From Macrostomum lignano (lineage: Eukaryota): a stretch of DNA of 64,000 bases. The notes under the pieces are model-generated. The model was given only the letters and a program-made list of their open reading frames with translations, had not been told where the DNA came from and did no database searches. The translations under genes and the position numbers were made by a program. Of this stretch, positions 40,573-52,009 are shown piece after piece (position 1 is the stretch's first letter; the number at the start of each line of letters is the position of its first letter). The stretch is taken from contig NIVC01003923.1 of the NCBI GenBank assembly GCA_002269645.1, forward strand, positions 1 through 64,000, given 5' to 3'.

Positions 40573-43500
40573 ATGACAACTAATAGCTCATCTATTACCC
40601 ATGCAATTTTTGACATGGATGGACTTCTAATTGGTAAATAAAACACTATTGTATTAAAAGCTTAGATTAAGCTAATTTTCTATCTGCATACTGTTTCTTC
40701 CATTTCAGATTCAAATTCAAGAATTATACCTACTAAAATATAGAACCTAAGCCTAATTAATTTTAATTTGCCTTTTAGACACTGAGTCTGTTTATACAGA
40801 TTGTTACAATAAATTTTGTGCTCAATTTGGCAAGCAATTTACTTGGGAAATCAAGCAGAAGCAAATGGGAAGGCCACCAAATGAATCTGCAAAAATAATA
40901 ATTGGTAAGTAATGCAACTTATGCTAGTGCAAGTCACTATTGATAAGTAGCTATATCATGTGATTTCTATTTTGTATAATAGCTAAAAAGTATGTTGTCA
41001 ATGTGATAAAAAGTATTAAAATTGTTTTTATGCATTTAAATGAATAATAAGTCTGTGACGTTGTCAGTTTAAGGTGGTCCCGAAAAGGGCCGTTGGACTG
41101 CTGGTTTTCCATAGTCATTCAACCCTTCAGTTTCACCGCTTCAACTAAACTTTTCCATTCGTTTATTGCGACGTTTACTTGTAGTAGTGCCCAACGATTT
41201 TGTGGCAATTTATAATTCATTGTATATTTTGCTATCCTCTCTCGCCACCGTATAAAATTGGCACGATCGATAATTTTAAGTTCTCTCGCCAGCCAATGAA
41301 ATCACTCGTGTTCGCGCTACCCCCCTCTGCGCTCTTTTATTAAACCCCCCCCCGCCTGGCGGCGGGCACTCCACGCTCCCCTCGCTCTCTCTCGCTCCTC
41401 TCTCTCCGCTTGTTCCTTGTTTCCTTCCCTGCGGCCTCTTAGCTGTCTTATCTGTTTGTCTGGCTGCCTCGAGCCTCCTTATTTCTCACCACGGCCCTTC
41501 TGTCTGGGCCAGCCTGCTCACACACTTACTTGACTGTTTCACGCCACGACCGACGCCAACTCACCACTACGTTTCACTGCCTTCACGGTGCTCATAGCCA
41601 CTGCTCACGTCACGTCGCCATTGGGTCATTCGCCTGCCACTTGACTTCATATCCAAATTATATTCAACCCATTGCTGCAGCCGCCAGTGCCCAGAAAGCT
41701 ATAGTCTGTTTATTGCCAGTAACAACCAAACTTAATACTGATATTAACAATAAAGACAACTACGGCAGTTCCTGCCTTTATCGCCAAGTGCTCCGCTACA
41801 AAATCCGCTTTACAAGAATTGACTTCAACTTATTTTGGGACTAAAACGGCCCTTTTAAGGGGTCACCGCATAGCTGGCCGCTACGCCAATAACGTGACAT
41901 AATTTTGGAGGTACCACCGAGACTCCTACTCAGCACTGCCGGCTCGCAACTAAGTCAGCACCACCGAGACGCCTACTCAGCACTGCCGGCTCACAACTAA
42001 ATCAGTGCCATCAAGACTTCTACTCAGCGCTGCCAACTCGTAATCAGTGCCACCGAGACTCCTGCTCAGCGCTGCCAGCACACAAGCAAGCGCCATCAAG
42101 ACTTCTGCTCAGCCTTGCCAGCTCGCAACCAAGCGTCAGCGAGATTCTGCTCAGCCCTGCCAGCTCGCAACCAAGCGTCAGCGAGATTCTGCTCAGCCCT
42201 GCCAGCTCGCAACCAAGCGTCAGCGAGATTCTGCTCAGCTCTGCCGGCTCGTGACTGAGTGCCGGCCTGCCACGTTTCTGCCTGACGGTCCGCAAGGCTG
42301 CAAGAGCCTGTGCCACGTCAGGCCCAGGGGTCCTGACTGCCCGGCTGGTCTCCGCTCGTCGCCGCGAGTCGTCGCTGGTCGTCGCCCTGAGCAACGCGCG
42401 CTGTCAACTGCGTTGAGCTCGAGCTTACGCTCTGCCAAGATAGCTCCGCTGCGTGTGCCAAGCCACGCCAGGTTACGCTGTGCGCTGATTGTTTGTAGGG
42501 ACTATTGCCTGACAGTTAGTCTGGGTGGTTTGCGTGATAGGACTCTCCCCTATTATAGGCTTTTTGCGGTTTGCCCCTGTCAGGCACGTTTTTTGTTAGT
42601 AGGACGCAATCTCTCTCGTCTCTCTCGCGTCGTCAACCTCAATTCGTTCTCTCTGGAACCTTACTCTCACTCGTGGTTGCTCCGTTCGCCTCACTCGGGC
42701 TCCTGCCTGAGCTTCATCTCGCACAATGTCCGGCAACGGGGAAGACTTCGGCATGGCGCCTCCCGAGCCTGTGGCGGACCCAGTCGCCGCACAGGCAGTT
42801 AATCCACCAGCCCCAGCCACTGAACCCAGACCCAGCTATGGGCGCCCCATCTGCCCACCCGTTAGGTACCGGGCGTGCCAGGTGTCCGGCCTGCTCCAGC
42901 TGTAGGGTGGCAAGCATTAGTTTGCTCACGCCCTGGGCAAGGCGTTAAACTACCTCCTGTGGCCCCTGTTGGCCACGGGTCCCTGTGGCCCCGCTGTTCT
43001 CCGCCTTCCGCGCCGGTTCTCTCCTTCCTGCCTGTTGGGCGCTTCCGCGCTGGTCCTCTCCCCCCTGTCTGTTGGGCGCTTCCGCGCCGGTTCCCTCCCT
43101 TCTGCCTGTTTGGCGCGCTGCGCCGTTCTCCGCCTGGCGCGCTGCGCCGTTTCCTGCCTTGGCGCCCCTGCGCGTCTCCGCCTGGCGCGCTGCGCCGTTC
43201 CTGCCTGGCGCGTGGCGCCGTTTCCTGCCTTGGCGCGTAGCGCCGTTCTCTGCCTTGGCGCGTGGCGCCGTTCCCTGCCGTGGCGCCCTGTCGCCGTTTC
43301 CTGCCTTGGCGCGTGGCGCCGTTCTCTGCCTTGGCGCGTGGCGCCGTTCCCTGCCGTGGCGCCCTGTCGCCGTTTCCTGCCTTGGCGCGTGGCGCCGTTC
43401 CTTTGCCTGGCGCGCTGCGCCGTCCTCTGCCTTGGCGCTCTTGCGCCGTTCTCCGCCTGGCGCGCTGCGCCGTCTCCTGCCTTGGCGCGTTGCGCCTTTC

Positions 43501-46500
43501 TCCGCCTGGCGCGCTGCGCCGTTTTCTGCCTTGGCGCTCCGCGCCGTCCTGTCTCCGCCTTGGGCGCTCCCTTGCCGGTTTCTCCCTCCCGCCTGTTTGG
43601 CGCGCCGCGCCGTGTCCCGCCGCCCTTGGCGCTTGTCGTCGTTTGCCCGCAGTTGTCCGGACTGTGTCTCTGTTTCGTGCCTCTGCTCTGCATCTTTTGC
43701 CTCATCCGTCTTGTCACCTTGTTCTGTGCTCCTTGCCTCATCTGTCTTGTCACCTCTGTTCGTCCTGTCGTTTTTTTTTGTGCGTTTGCGTGCCCCGCGC
43801 GCTCCGCTCTGCGCTACTTTTGTAACCAATGTTATTCTCACTGCCATACCTACGTTGACTTTGATTTTCACCATTCATCTACCTGTATTCATTATTTACT
43901 GCAGTCTGTTCCTTTGTTTTCGTATTCCCCTTCAGCCTCTTCACTTCTTTTTGCGAGCGTGTGAAACATCCCATTTTGTTGCGGTGCCGGACCTCGAAAG
44001 CCGGGCGCCATAGGCGTTTTTCAACGCTCTTTCTTTTCTCTGTGCCTGTTTTTTTTCTTTGCGCCTCTGTGCGCGTGTCTGGGCGGCGCCTGCGTCCCAT
44101 TGGGGGCGAGCCCATGCGGTCCACCGGGACCGGCCCAGCTGTTGAGCCGTTTGTCGGCTGGCTGCACCCTGCAGCGGATGCATTCTGCATCGTTTACACA
44201 CCTTCACTCCACTGCTTCCCTCGCGTGCTAGCTCTTCTTTGTAATGTTCTGTAACTTTCTGTAATCCTACCACCTGTTCTGTAATTTGACTTCGATTATT
44301 CAGCCACTCATAAGCCTGTGGGTTAGTAATCCCTAAAGCCTCCAGTAATCATATGCTCATACAAACTGACTCAACCCCACTGTAATTCATTCTACTATAA
44401 TTTCATAAACTGCGGTCACGTTGTGTTTTTCTTGCCGTCACCCCGCGTCTGGGTTTTTTTTTTCGCCAGAGATAAGGTGCGAAATCGCACCTTGTGCCAA
44501 ATTTCAAGGTGCGATTTTAAGGCTCAGAGTGCAATTTCTCTTGAGTCTTGTTTAGAATGTGAGGGTTTCACAAGAGATATTCAGCCAGACATTCAAAACG
44601 ATCGTCTGTAACTTTAAACAAAATTGACCCGCTTCAACCATCTTTTTGGCAAATACTTACGCAAGTGTTGGGCGTCGAATAAGCTTTAATTTATTAACTG
44701 ATGTAAAAATCCTTCTGACATACATTGATTTAAAAATTGCTTAGTAACACTCTGATTAGAAATCGCTTTACTGTTGACTAAAATTGTTTTGATCGTAGCA
44801 GCCTAAAAGCAGATACTGGATTTAAAAATGCTTCGATTTACTCTATACGCATGTCTCAGCTTTAAAATGACACCTCAGGCGTTGCAAAAGACAGCTTTGA
44901 TGCTGAGATATTCGACATTAAACAATTGCTTTGCGCAAACTCACATTCAGAAATTTCACTGATTTTTATCGATATTTGTGCAGTTGCCGTGTCCTTGTTT
45001 TTCATCAGAAACTTGTCAAATTCTAGTCATGTCCAGTTTAAACCTGGACTTCTCTTAAACTGTCTTAAGTATTTGATTTTTAATGATTCCTGCCTTTATA
45101 TTGCATAGATTGTACCTGAGTCAGTGAGTCTGTGAGTGTACATTTGTACATATGGCGACCAATCATGACTTTTTCACCGCTTTGCGGTTCAAATAAATAT
45201 ACGAGTGTACGAGAAACATGTTCCAACTGTTATTGAGAGAAATTGACGTCGCGTTTATTAACAGTCAGTGGCAATTAATATGAAGCAAATAGTTTATTGT
45301 TATGTTTTTACATTTTTTGCGTGGCAATTCTGCTATCCAAATTGGAATGAGGTAAGCGGTGGGATCTAATGTACTGCTAAGCTTTCCAATCCCTACGGAC
45401 TACCGTAGCAGTTCTTAACTTTTTTCTGTCTTGACTTCTAGACTCGGAATTCGGAACAACCTAAGGAGCCGCATGAAAATATTTAATTGGATAAAGATAT
45501 TTTCTAAAAACAGCTCAAGTTGTGACACATCTTCTTCTCGCCTCAGTCCATCAACTGCTGCTCCTTCTGAGACCGAAGCGATCGTGAAAGTAAAACAGAT
45601 CAGTTTAGATCCCATGGCCATGAATACAACCATTTCAATTGTGAACCTGCTTCGCTTACGAGTACGAGCACTAGCCTTCCATTTGATGCCATTAGCTCAC
45701 TTAACTCTGAAATAGTTCAAGGACGGTTCCAAATGTTGAGATCTGACGTAGAAGCAGTCCAATTTGCGGAAATTTATCAACTGGACTCCATGAATCACTC
45801 CAATGAAAGGCGGCGAATAGCTGCAGAATGCGTAAACAAGTTTAAGTGAGTCACAAAAACCCCATTTACAGTAACTACATACACTTGTACGTTAGCAAGG
45901 CTCCATGCGATGGTCTATAAATGGAGAAGTAGACAAGCATCTGAACAAATATTGAATAAAAATCAGTGAAGTTTCCGAATGTGAGTTTGAGCAAAGCAAT
46001 GTTTAGTTTCGAATATCTCAGCATCAAAGCTGTCTTTTGCAACGCCTGAGGTGTCATTTTAAAGCTGAGACATGCGTATAGACATGACTAGAATTTGACG
46101 AGATTCTGATGAAAAACAAGGACACGGCAACTGCACAAATATCAACAAAAAATCAGTGAAATTTCTGAATGTGAGTTTGCGCAAAGCAATGCATGTTTAG
46201 TGTCAAATATCTCAGCATCAAAGCTGTCTTTTGCAACGCCTGAGGTGTCATTTTAAAGCTGAGACATGCGTATAGACATGACTAGAGTTTGGCGAGATTC
46301 TGATGGGAAACAAGGACACGGCAACTGCACAAATATCAACAAAAAATCAGTGAAATTTCTGAATGTGAGTTTGCGCAAAGCAATGCATGTTTAGTGTCAA
46401 ATATCTCAGCATCAAAGCTGTCTTTTGCAACGCCTGAGGTGTCATTTTAAAGCTGAGACATGCGTATAGAGTAAATCGAAGCATTTTTAAATCCAGTATC

Positions 46501-49500
46501 TGCTTTTAGGCTGCTACGATCAAAACAATTTTAGTCAACAGTAAAGCGATTTCTAATCAGAGCTAGTGTTGCTAAGCAATTTTTAAATCAATGTATGTCA
46601 GGATTTTTACATCAGTTAATAAATTAAAGCTTATTCGACGCCCAACACTTGCGTAAGTATTTGCCAAAAAGATGGTTGAAGCGGGTCAATTTTGTTTAAA
46701 GTTACAGACAATCATTTTGAATGTCTGTCTTCGGAATGGGTCTCCCTAAAACACGCCCCGCACCGCCCTGCAGCGCTACACATTAAAACAAATTGGACTA
46801 TAACTAAAGACACTTCAGAATGCGTTTTCTGTTAAGCTTAAAGTTTTTATTAAATTTAGTTTTTTTACTTTGAAATATAAAATTCGGTGAACAATAAGTG
46901 ATATTAATAATAATATTAATAAAATAATAATATCATAATTTAATAATGAAAACGAGAATATAAAAAAAAATAATATTTAAAAAAATAAATAAAGATATTT
47001 ATTCCATTACTATTTTAACTTTTCCTTGCAATCAAATAGGCCCCCCTACTGCATTGACAAAAAATGTTATAATGTGTAGCGGTTCGGGGCCCGGTGCGGG
47101 GCGTGTTTTAGGGAGCCCCTGTCTGAATATCTCTCGTGAAACCCTCACATTGCTCACATTTCAGACAACTGGGAATGTATATTTTAATATCTTACATAAG
47201 GCTATAGCTATAGGCTATATCGCCTATATGACTTATAGGATTTAAAGAGTTATTTTGTTTCATATTTTAAGGCAGTGCATAAAAAATAGCTTAAGCATGG
47301 TTAAGCCTTTAAAGAAAAATGGTTATAAGACCGCACCTAAACCGCACCTACTTTTTTAATTTCAGGGTGCGATTTTAAAATTTAGGGTGCATACGCACAC
47401 TCTACGCACAAAAAAAAAACCCTGCCCCGCGTGTTGGTTTTCTTTTTGCGCGACCCTATCCTTTTTCGGAAGGGAGGCGGGTGTGACGTTGTCAGTTTAA
47501 GGTGGTCCCGAAAAGGGCCGTTGGACTGCTGGTTTTCCATAGTCATTCAACCCTTCAGTTTCACCGCTTCAACTAAACTTTTCCATTCGTTTATTGCGAC
47601 GTTTACTTGTAGTAGTGCCCAACGATTTTGTGGCAATTTATAATTCATTGTATATTTTGCTATCCTCTCTCGCCACCGTATAAAATTGGCACGATCGATA
47701 ATTTTAAGTTCTCTCGCCAGCCAATGAAATCACTCGTGTTCGCGCTACCCCCCTCTGCGCTCTTTTATTAAACCCCCCCCCCCGCCTGGCGGCGGGCACT
47801 CCACGCTCCCCTCGCTCTCTCTCGCTCCTCTCTCTCCGCTTGTTCCTTGTTTCCTTCCCTGCGGCCTCTTAGCTGTCTTATCTGTTTGTCTGGCTGCCTC
47901 GAGCCTCCTTATTTCTCACCACGGCCCTTCTGTCTGGGCCAGCCTGCTCACACACTTACTTGACTGTTTCACGCCACGACCGACGCCAACTCACCACTAC
48001 GTTTCACTGCCTTCACGGTGCTCATAGCCACTGCTCACGTCACGTCGCCATTGGGTCATTCGCCTGCCACTTGACTTCATATCCAAATTATATTCAACCC
48101 ATTGCTGCAGCCGCCAGTGCCCAGAAAGCTATAGTCTGTTTATTGCCAGTAACAACCAAACTTAATACTGATATTAACAATAAAGACAACTACGGCAGTT
48201 CCTGCCTTTATCGCCAAGTGCTCCGCTACAAAATCCGCTTTACAAGAATTGACTTCAACTTATTTTGGGACTAAAACGGCCCTTTTAAGGGTCACCGCAT
48301 AGCTGGCCGCTACGCCAATAACGTGACAAGTCAATGTATTAGTAAGTTGTATATAAATTAATCAAATGACAAACAAAAAATTCTATATTTGATAATTATT
48401 TGTTATACTTGTTAATTAAAAAAGCTATCTTGGATCATAGAAAATATTTAAATGATCTTTTCAGACCATCTTGACTTGCCCATCACAGTGGAACAGCATC
48501 ATGAAATGATCAATACAATGTTGCTAAAGGAGTTTCCCTATAGCAAGATAATGCCAGGTGAACTTTTAAATATTTTTAAGCTGTTTGAAAATTTAGCAAA
48601 GTTAAACTCTTATCTTAATCCCATTGTAGCCACATTTGAAAAACCTAGGCAATGTGTTTTCCCACAAAATTGTGATTTTTAAGTAAATGGCAGTAGCCAT
48701 AACTGTCTTAGCATACATAAATGCCTCATCATCTAATTGGAGCTATGTAGATTGTAGAACCTGTACAAAACTTATATTTCCTAGAAATAAGCGACACACT
48801 GATTAGTTCCAGAAGCTATCCATCAAAACCCCAAGGCTATGGGCTCTAATAGGGCTAATCTACTAAGATCCCCATCTACACAGGTGTGAACCGTCTCCTG
48901 GAGCACCTGTGGCAGCACCGGGTGCCCATGTGCATCGCCACCGGGTCGGACCAGACTGGCTTTGACGTCAAAGTTGGCGGCCGGCCGGAGTTGCTGAGCA
49001 AATTCCATCACTGGGTGCTGGCTGGCAGCGACCCAGCTGTGGGCCATGGCAAGCCGGCGCCCGACTGCTTCCTGGTGGCTGCTGACAGGTTCGACCCGAC
49101 CCCTATTGACCCGGCCAGAGTGCTGGTCTTCGAGGACGCGCCAAATGGCGTTGAGGCCGCCCTGGCCGCTGGCATGAAGGTGGGTCCTCGGCGTGGCCTT
49201 CCGGGTCAAACAGATCTTGGTTTAAATTGGCTACACTCATGTTGCATCAAGTCAGGTCAGATCTAGTCAAAGTCAAATCAACTCAATCAATATCAGGGAA
49301 AGTCAGGTCAGGTCAAGTCGGGTCAGGTCAGGTATGTCAGGAGTCAGTTCAGTCGAGGTCAAGGTCAGGTTAAGTCGGAACCAGCCAGCTAAGAACGGGT
49401 CATGTCAATTCAAATCAGATTCGGTCGTCAAGTCACGACCGAGGTCGGGTTCTAATTATGATTTCGTTTTAAGACGTTTGTAGCAACCAATCGTTACTTT

Positions 49501-49720
49501 TTACTTTAAACTGTTCCTTCCTTTTTATATTACTTTGACTAGTAGCAAGTATCGTTCATATTTATTTTAACTCCGGCAGGTGGTCTGGTGCCCGGATCCG
49601 CGCGCCGACATCTCGGTTCACGCGGGCAACCCGAGCGTGACTGTGCTCCGGTCGCTGGAAGATTTTCAGCCGGAAACTTTCGGCTTGCCGCCGTTTCCCA
49701 CTGGAGACCCCAGCGAGTGA
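40573..49720 (+). CDS. PUDP: Pseudouridine-5'-phosphatase (HDHD1/GS1-like, HAD superfamily), 238 aa, 5 exons
   Basis: join(40573..40633,40779..40904,48465..48557,48884..49179,49580..49720) = 717 nt, phases consistent. HAD motif I IFDMDGLLIDTE; KQMGR cap motif; IATGS; GKPAPDCFL; VFEDAPNGVEAALAAGMKVVW; C-terminal SLEDFQPETFGLPPF typical of PUDP. Confidence 0.92.
43060..43570. repeat. GC-rich degenerate tandem repeat inside the LTR element
   Basis: Recurring CTGCCTTGGCGCGTGGCGCCGTT; explains the stack of overlapping ORFs at 42945-44013. Confidence 0.8.
44552..47151. repeat. Long internal inverted repeat (foldback-like) within the hAT-like element
   Basis: 44552-45033 is the reverse complement of ~46080-46727 plus 47121-47151; the inner part of the right arm is tandemly triplicated (~193-bp period, ~45945-46470). 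Confidence 0.8.
46738..47119. mobile_element. Small MITE-like element interrupting the right arm of the inverted repeat
   Basis: ~45-bp TIRs CTCCCTAAAACACGCCCCGCACCG..CGCTACACATTA / TAATGTGTAGCG..CGGTGCGGGGCGTGTTTTAGGGAG around an AT-rich core; TSD not clean. Confidence 0.6.
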
Positions 49721-50018
49721 CAGTTTATAGCTGTGGCCTTGCTGCCGTTTCCCACTGGAGACCCCAGCGAGTGACAGTTTATAGCTGTGGCCTTGGTGCC
49801 GTTTCCCACTGGAGACCCCAGCGAGTGACAGTTTATAGCTGTGGCCTTGCTGCCGTTTCCCACTGGAGACCCCAGCGAGTGACAGTTTATAGCTGTGGCC
49901 TTGGTGCCGTTTCCCACTGGAGACCCCAGCGAGTGACAGTTTATAGCTGTGGCCTTGCTGCCGTTTCCCACTGGAGACCCCAGCGAGTGACAGTTTATAG
50001 CTGTGGCCTTGCTGCCGT
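49691..50018 (+). repeat. 54-bp tandem array duplicating the PUDP last codons and stop
   Basis: Unit CCGTTTCCCACTGGAGACCCCAGCGAGTGACAGTTTATAGCTGTGGCCTTGCTG, 6 copies; the first contains the real TGA. Confidence 0.95.
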
Positions 50019-50264
50019 CGGCTTTCGCACTGTGCAGTCCTCAGACTTTCCTGCCTATATATTAAAGCAATTCAATTCACTCTCCATAGTCAGTGTTGAA
50101 ATAAATGTTAGAACCAATTTAGCTTATTGGTTGATGTGGTGTAGTGGCACTGCCTTATGGGCCCCGACTTTGCTACGGATGTCTCAGGAGCTTTTGGTGT
50201 TTTTATATTTTCGCACGATGTGCGAGTCCATCGGCCTTCTACATCACAAACTTTGTGGCGGCCT

Positions 50265-50550
50265 AGACCAGCGGTCTGGCGCGGCGCTCTGATGTACCAG
50301 CGGCCCAGGCTCGATTCCAAGTGCAGTCAAATTAATAATTTGGGGATAAATTGGAATCTCGGCTTGGCCCTGTTTGTGTAAATAACGTCCTTGATGGCCA
50401 ACCCCCAAGGCACAGTGAAGTGTACATGTCTAACGATAAATTAAGTTAGGGCCGCTTTACACCTGTGTGAGTGTGTGCCTGCGCGTATGACTGCGTACGC
50501 ATCCTTGCGCTTGTGTGCCTGCTCAGGGGAGTCGGCGGAATGGGCAGCAA
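50265..50550 (+). mobile_element. Putative SINE family B, copy 2
   Basis: GGCTCGATTCC B-box-like motif and shared body CCCAAGGCACAG..GTGTACATG..GCTTGTGTGCC..GGAATGGG. Confidence 0.5.
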
Positions 50551-50651
50551 TGCCTCTCGCCGGTTGTGTGACAATGTCGCTTAAAGTGTGCCAGGGTGCA
50601 CGCAGCCTCCTGCTTCTACATGTAACTACGAGGAAAAACTAACGATCACAA

Positions 50652-51202
50652 ACTTCCCCATCTGGAAACTTCACAATCTGGAAACTTCCCAAGCTCGAAA
50701 CTTCCCAAACTGGAAACTTCACAGACTGGAAACTTTACAATCTGGAAACTTCACAGACTGGAAACTTCACAATCTGGAAAATTCCCAAACTGGAAACTTC
50801 CCAAACTGTAAACTTCCCAAACTGGAAACTTCACAGACTGGAAACTTCACAATCTGGAAACTTCACAATCTGGAAACTTCACAGACTGGAAACTTCACAA
50901 TCTGGAAACTTCCCAAACTGGAAACTTCCCAAACTGGAAACTTCACAGACTGGAAACTTTACAATCTGGAAACTTCACAGACTGGAAACTTCACAATCTG
51001 GAAAATTCCCAAACTGGAAACTTCCCAAACTGTAAACTTCCCAAACTGGAAACTTCACAGACTGGAAACTTCACAATCTGGAAACTTCACAATCTGGAAA
51101 CTTCACAGACTGGAAACTTCACAATCTGGAAACTTCCCAAACTGGAAACTTCCCAAACTGGAAACTTCACAATCTGGAAATTTCATAAACTGGAAACTTC
51201 AC
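50652..51202. repeat. 16-bp minisatellite
   Basis: Unit CTGGAAACTTCACAAT / CTGGAAACTTCCCAAA / CTGGAAACTTCACAGA. Confidence 0.95.
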
Positions 51203-52009
51203 ATCGTCAAAATTGTCAAGTTTTGAATTGGACGCAAGACTTTTCTATAACTATAGAATAAATTTTCTTTTTAATTTTAAAAGTTCTCAATTTCTCCAGT
51301 TGAACCGACTTTAAGCGTGTTTGCAATGCCCTGCTTTTTGCAATGCTTTCCGGGCCAATGGCTACCAGGGCCACGAACTCGCCAGCTCTGATTGGCTGAG
51401 GGCCCCAGATTAATACTGCTTCAGCACCCGCCTCTCTGAACCCTATACTGACCTCATGCTGTCGTCTGCCATGAAATCGCAAACCGAGTTTCAATCCGCA
51501 GGGTCAACACTGAGCCAGGCTCTGCGACCCACTTGCAGACTCTCCCCAATTTGGCTGATATTGGAATGATTCAATCTCAGCAGCGCCATCATTAGCCAGC
51601 CCTATTGAGTCTCTCGCGGATAATATATTTGGCAACGAGGAGTCTGCGGCAGCTCCGCATTGCCAACGGCATCTGCTAGCAGCCCGTGTCGATCTGTGAT
51701 CATTCTTAGCTCTGCTCTTGACCAACAATGCTGCACTGTTCTGCACTGCTTCTGCAGGCCTTGGCGGTGCTCCTGTTTGGTGAGTGGCTTATATGTTAGC
51801 TGATACTAATAATAGGATTTTTCGAGCGCTCAAGTTATGTCTTAAAATTTCCGGTCTGTAAGTTTTGTACGAGCTCGTACCTATCTAAAGCCATCGATGC
51901 TAACCTATAGACTATGGTAAACCCCGTCCAAGGATTTTGAAACGCCTAAATAGAGATGCCTAAATCGTTAAGAAGAGCCTGGCCAATTTCCATCCTAGAA
52001 ACAATGCAT

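Larger units (their letters stand above)
44449..47424. mobile_element. hAT-like non-autonomous DNA transposon nested in the LTR element
   Basis: 8-bp TSD CCCCGCGT (44441-44448, 47425-47432); TIRs CTGGGTTTTTTTTTT / AAAAAAAAAACCCTG; subterminal AGGTGCG/CGCACCT repeats. Confidence 0.8.
41054..48328 (+). mobile_element. Non-autonomous LTR retroelement (Ty3/Gypsy-like signals) in PUDP intron 2
   Basis: LTRs 41054-41899 and 47482-48328 (TGTGACG..CGTGACA) appear identical except for two homopolymer lengths; 4-bp TSD AGTC; PBS TGGAGGTACCACCGAGA at 41906-41922 (complementary to a tRNA-Gln-type 3' end); PPT GGAAGGGAGGCGGG before the 3' LTR; no gag/pol recognised. Confidence 0.9.

Noticed and set aside
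41530-41844. 104-aa ORF present twice (also 47960..48274)
   Set aside because: It lies within the LTRs, so duplication is expected; no recognisable motif.
42945-44013. Overlapping ORFs in the LTR-element interior as gag
   Set aside because: Open on both strands because of a GC-rich repeat; no CCHC knuckle, protease, RT or integrase motifs.
45415-45715. Transposase remnant in the centre of the hAT-like element
   Set aside because: Short ORFs on both strands with no DDE, BED or hAT dimerisation motif recognisable by eye.
50652-51202. Array of NF-kB/NFAT-like sites (TGGAAACTTCC)
   Set aside because: The resemblance follows from one repeated 16-mer; no nearby target promoter or other support.
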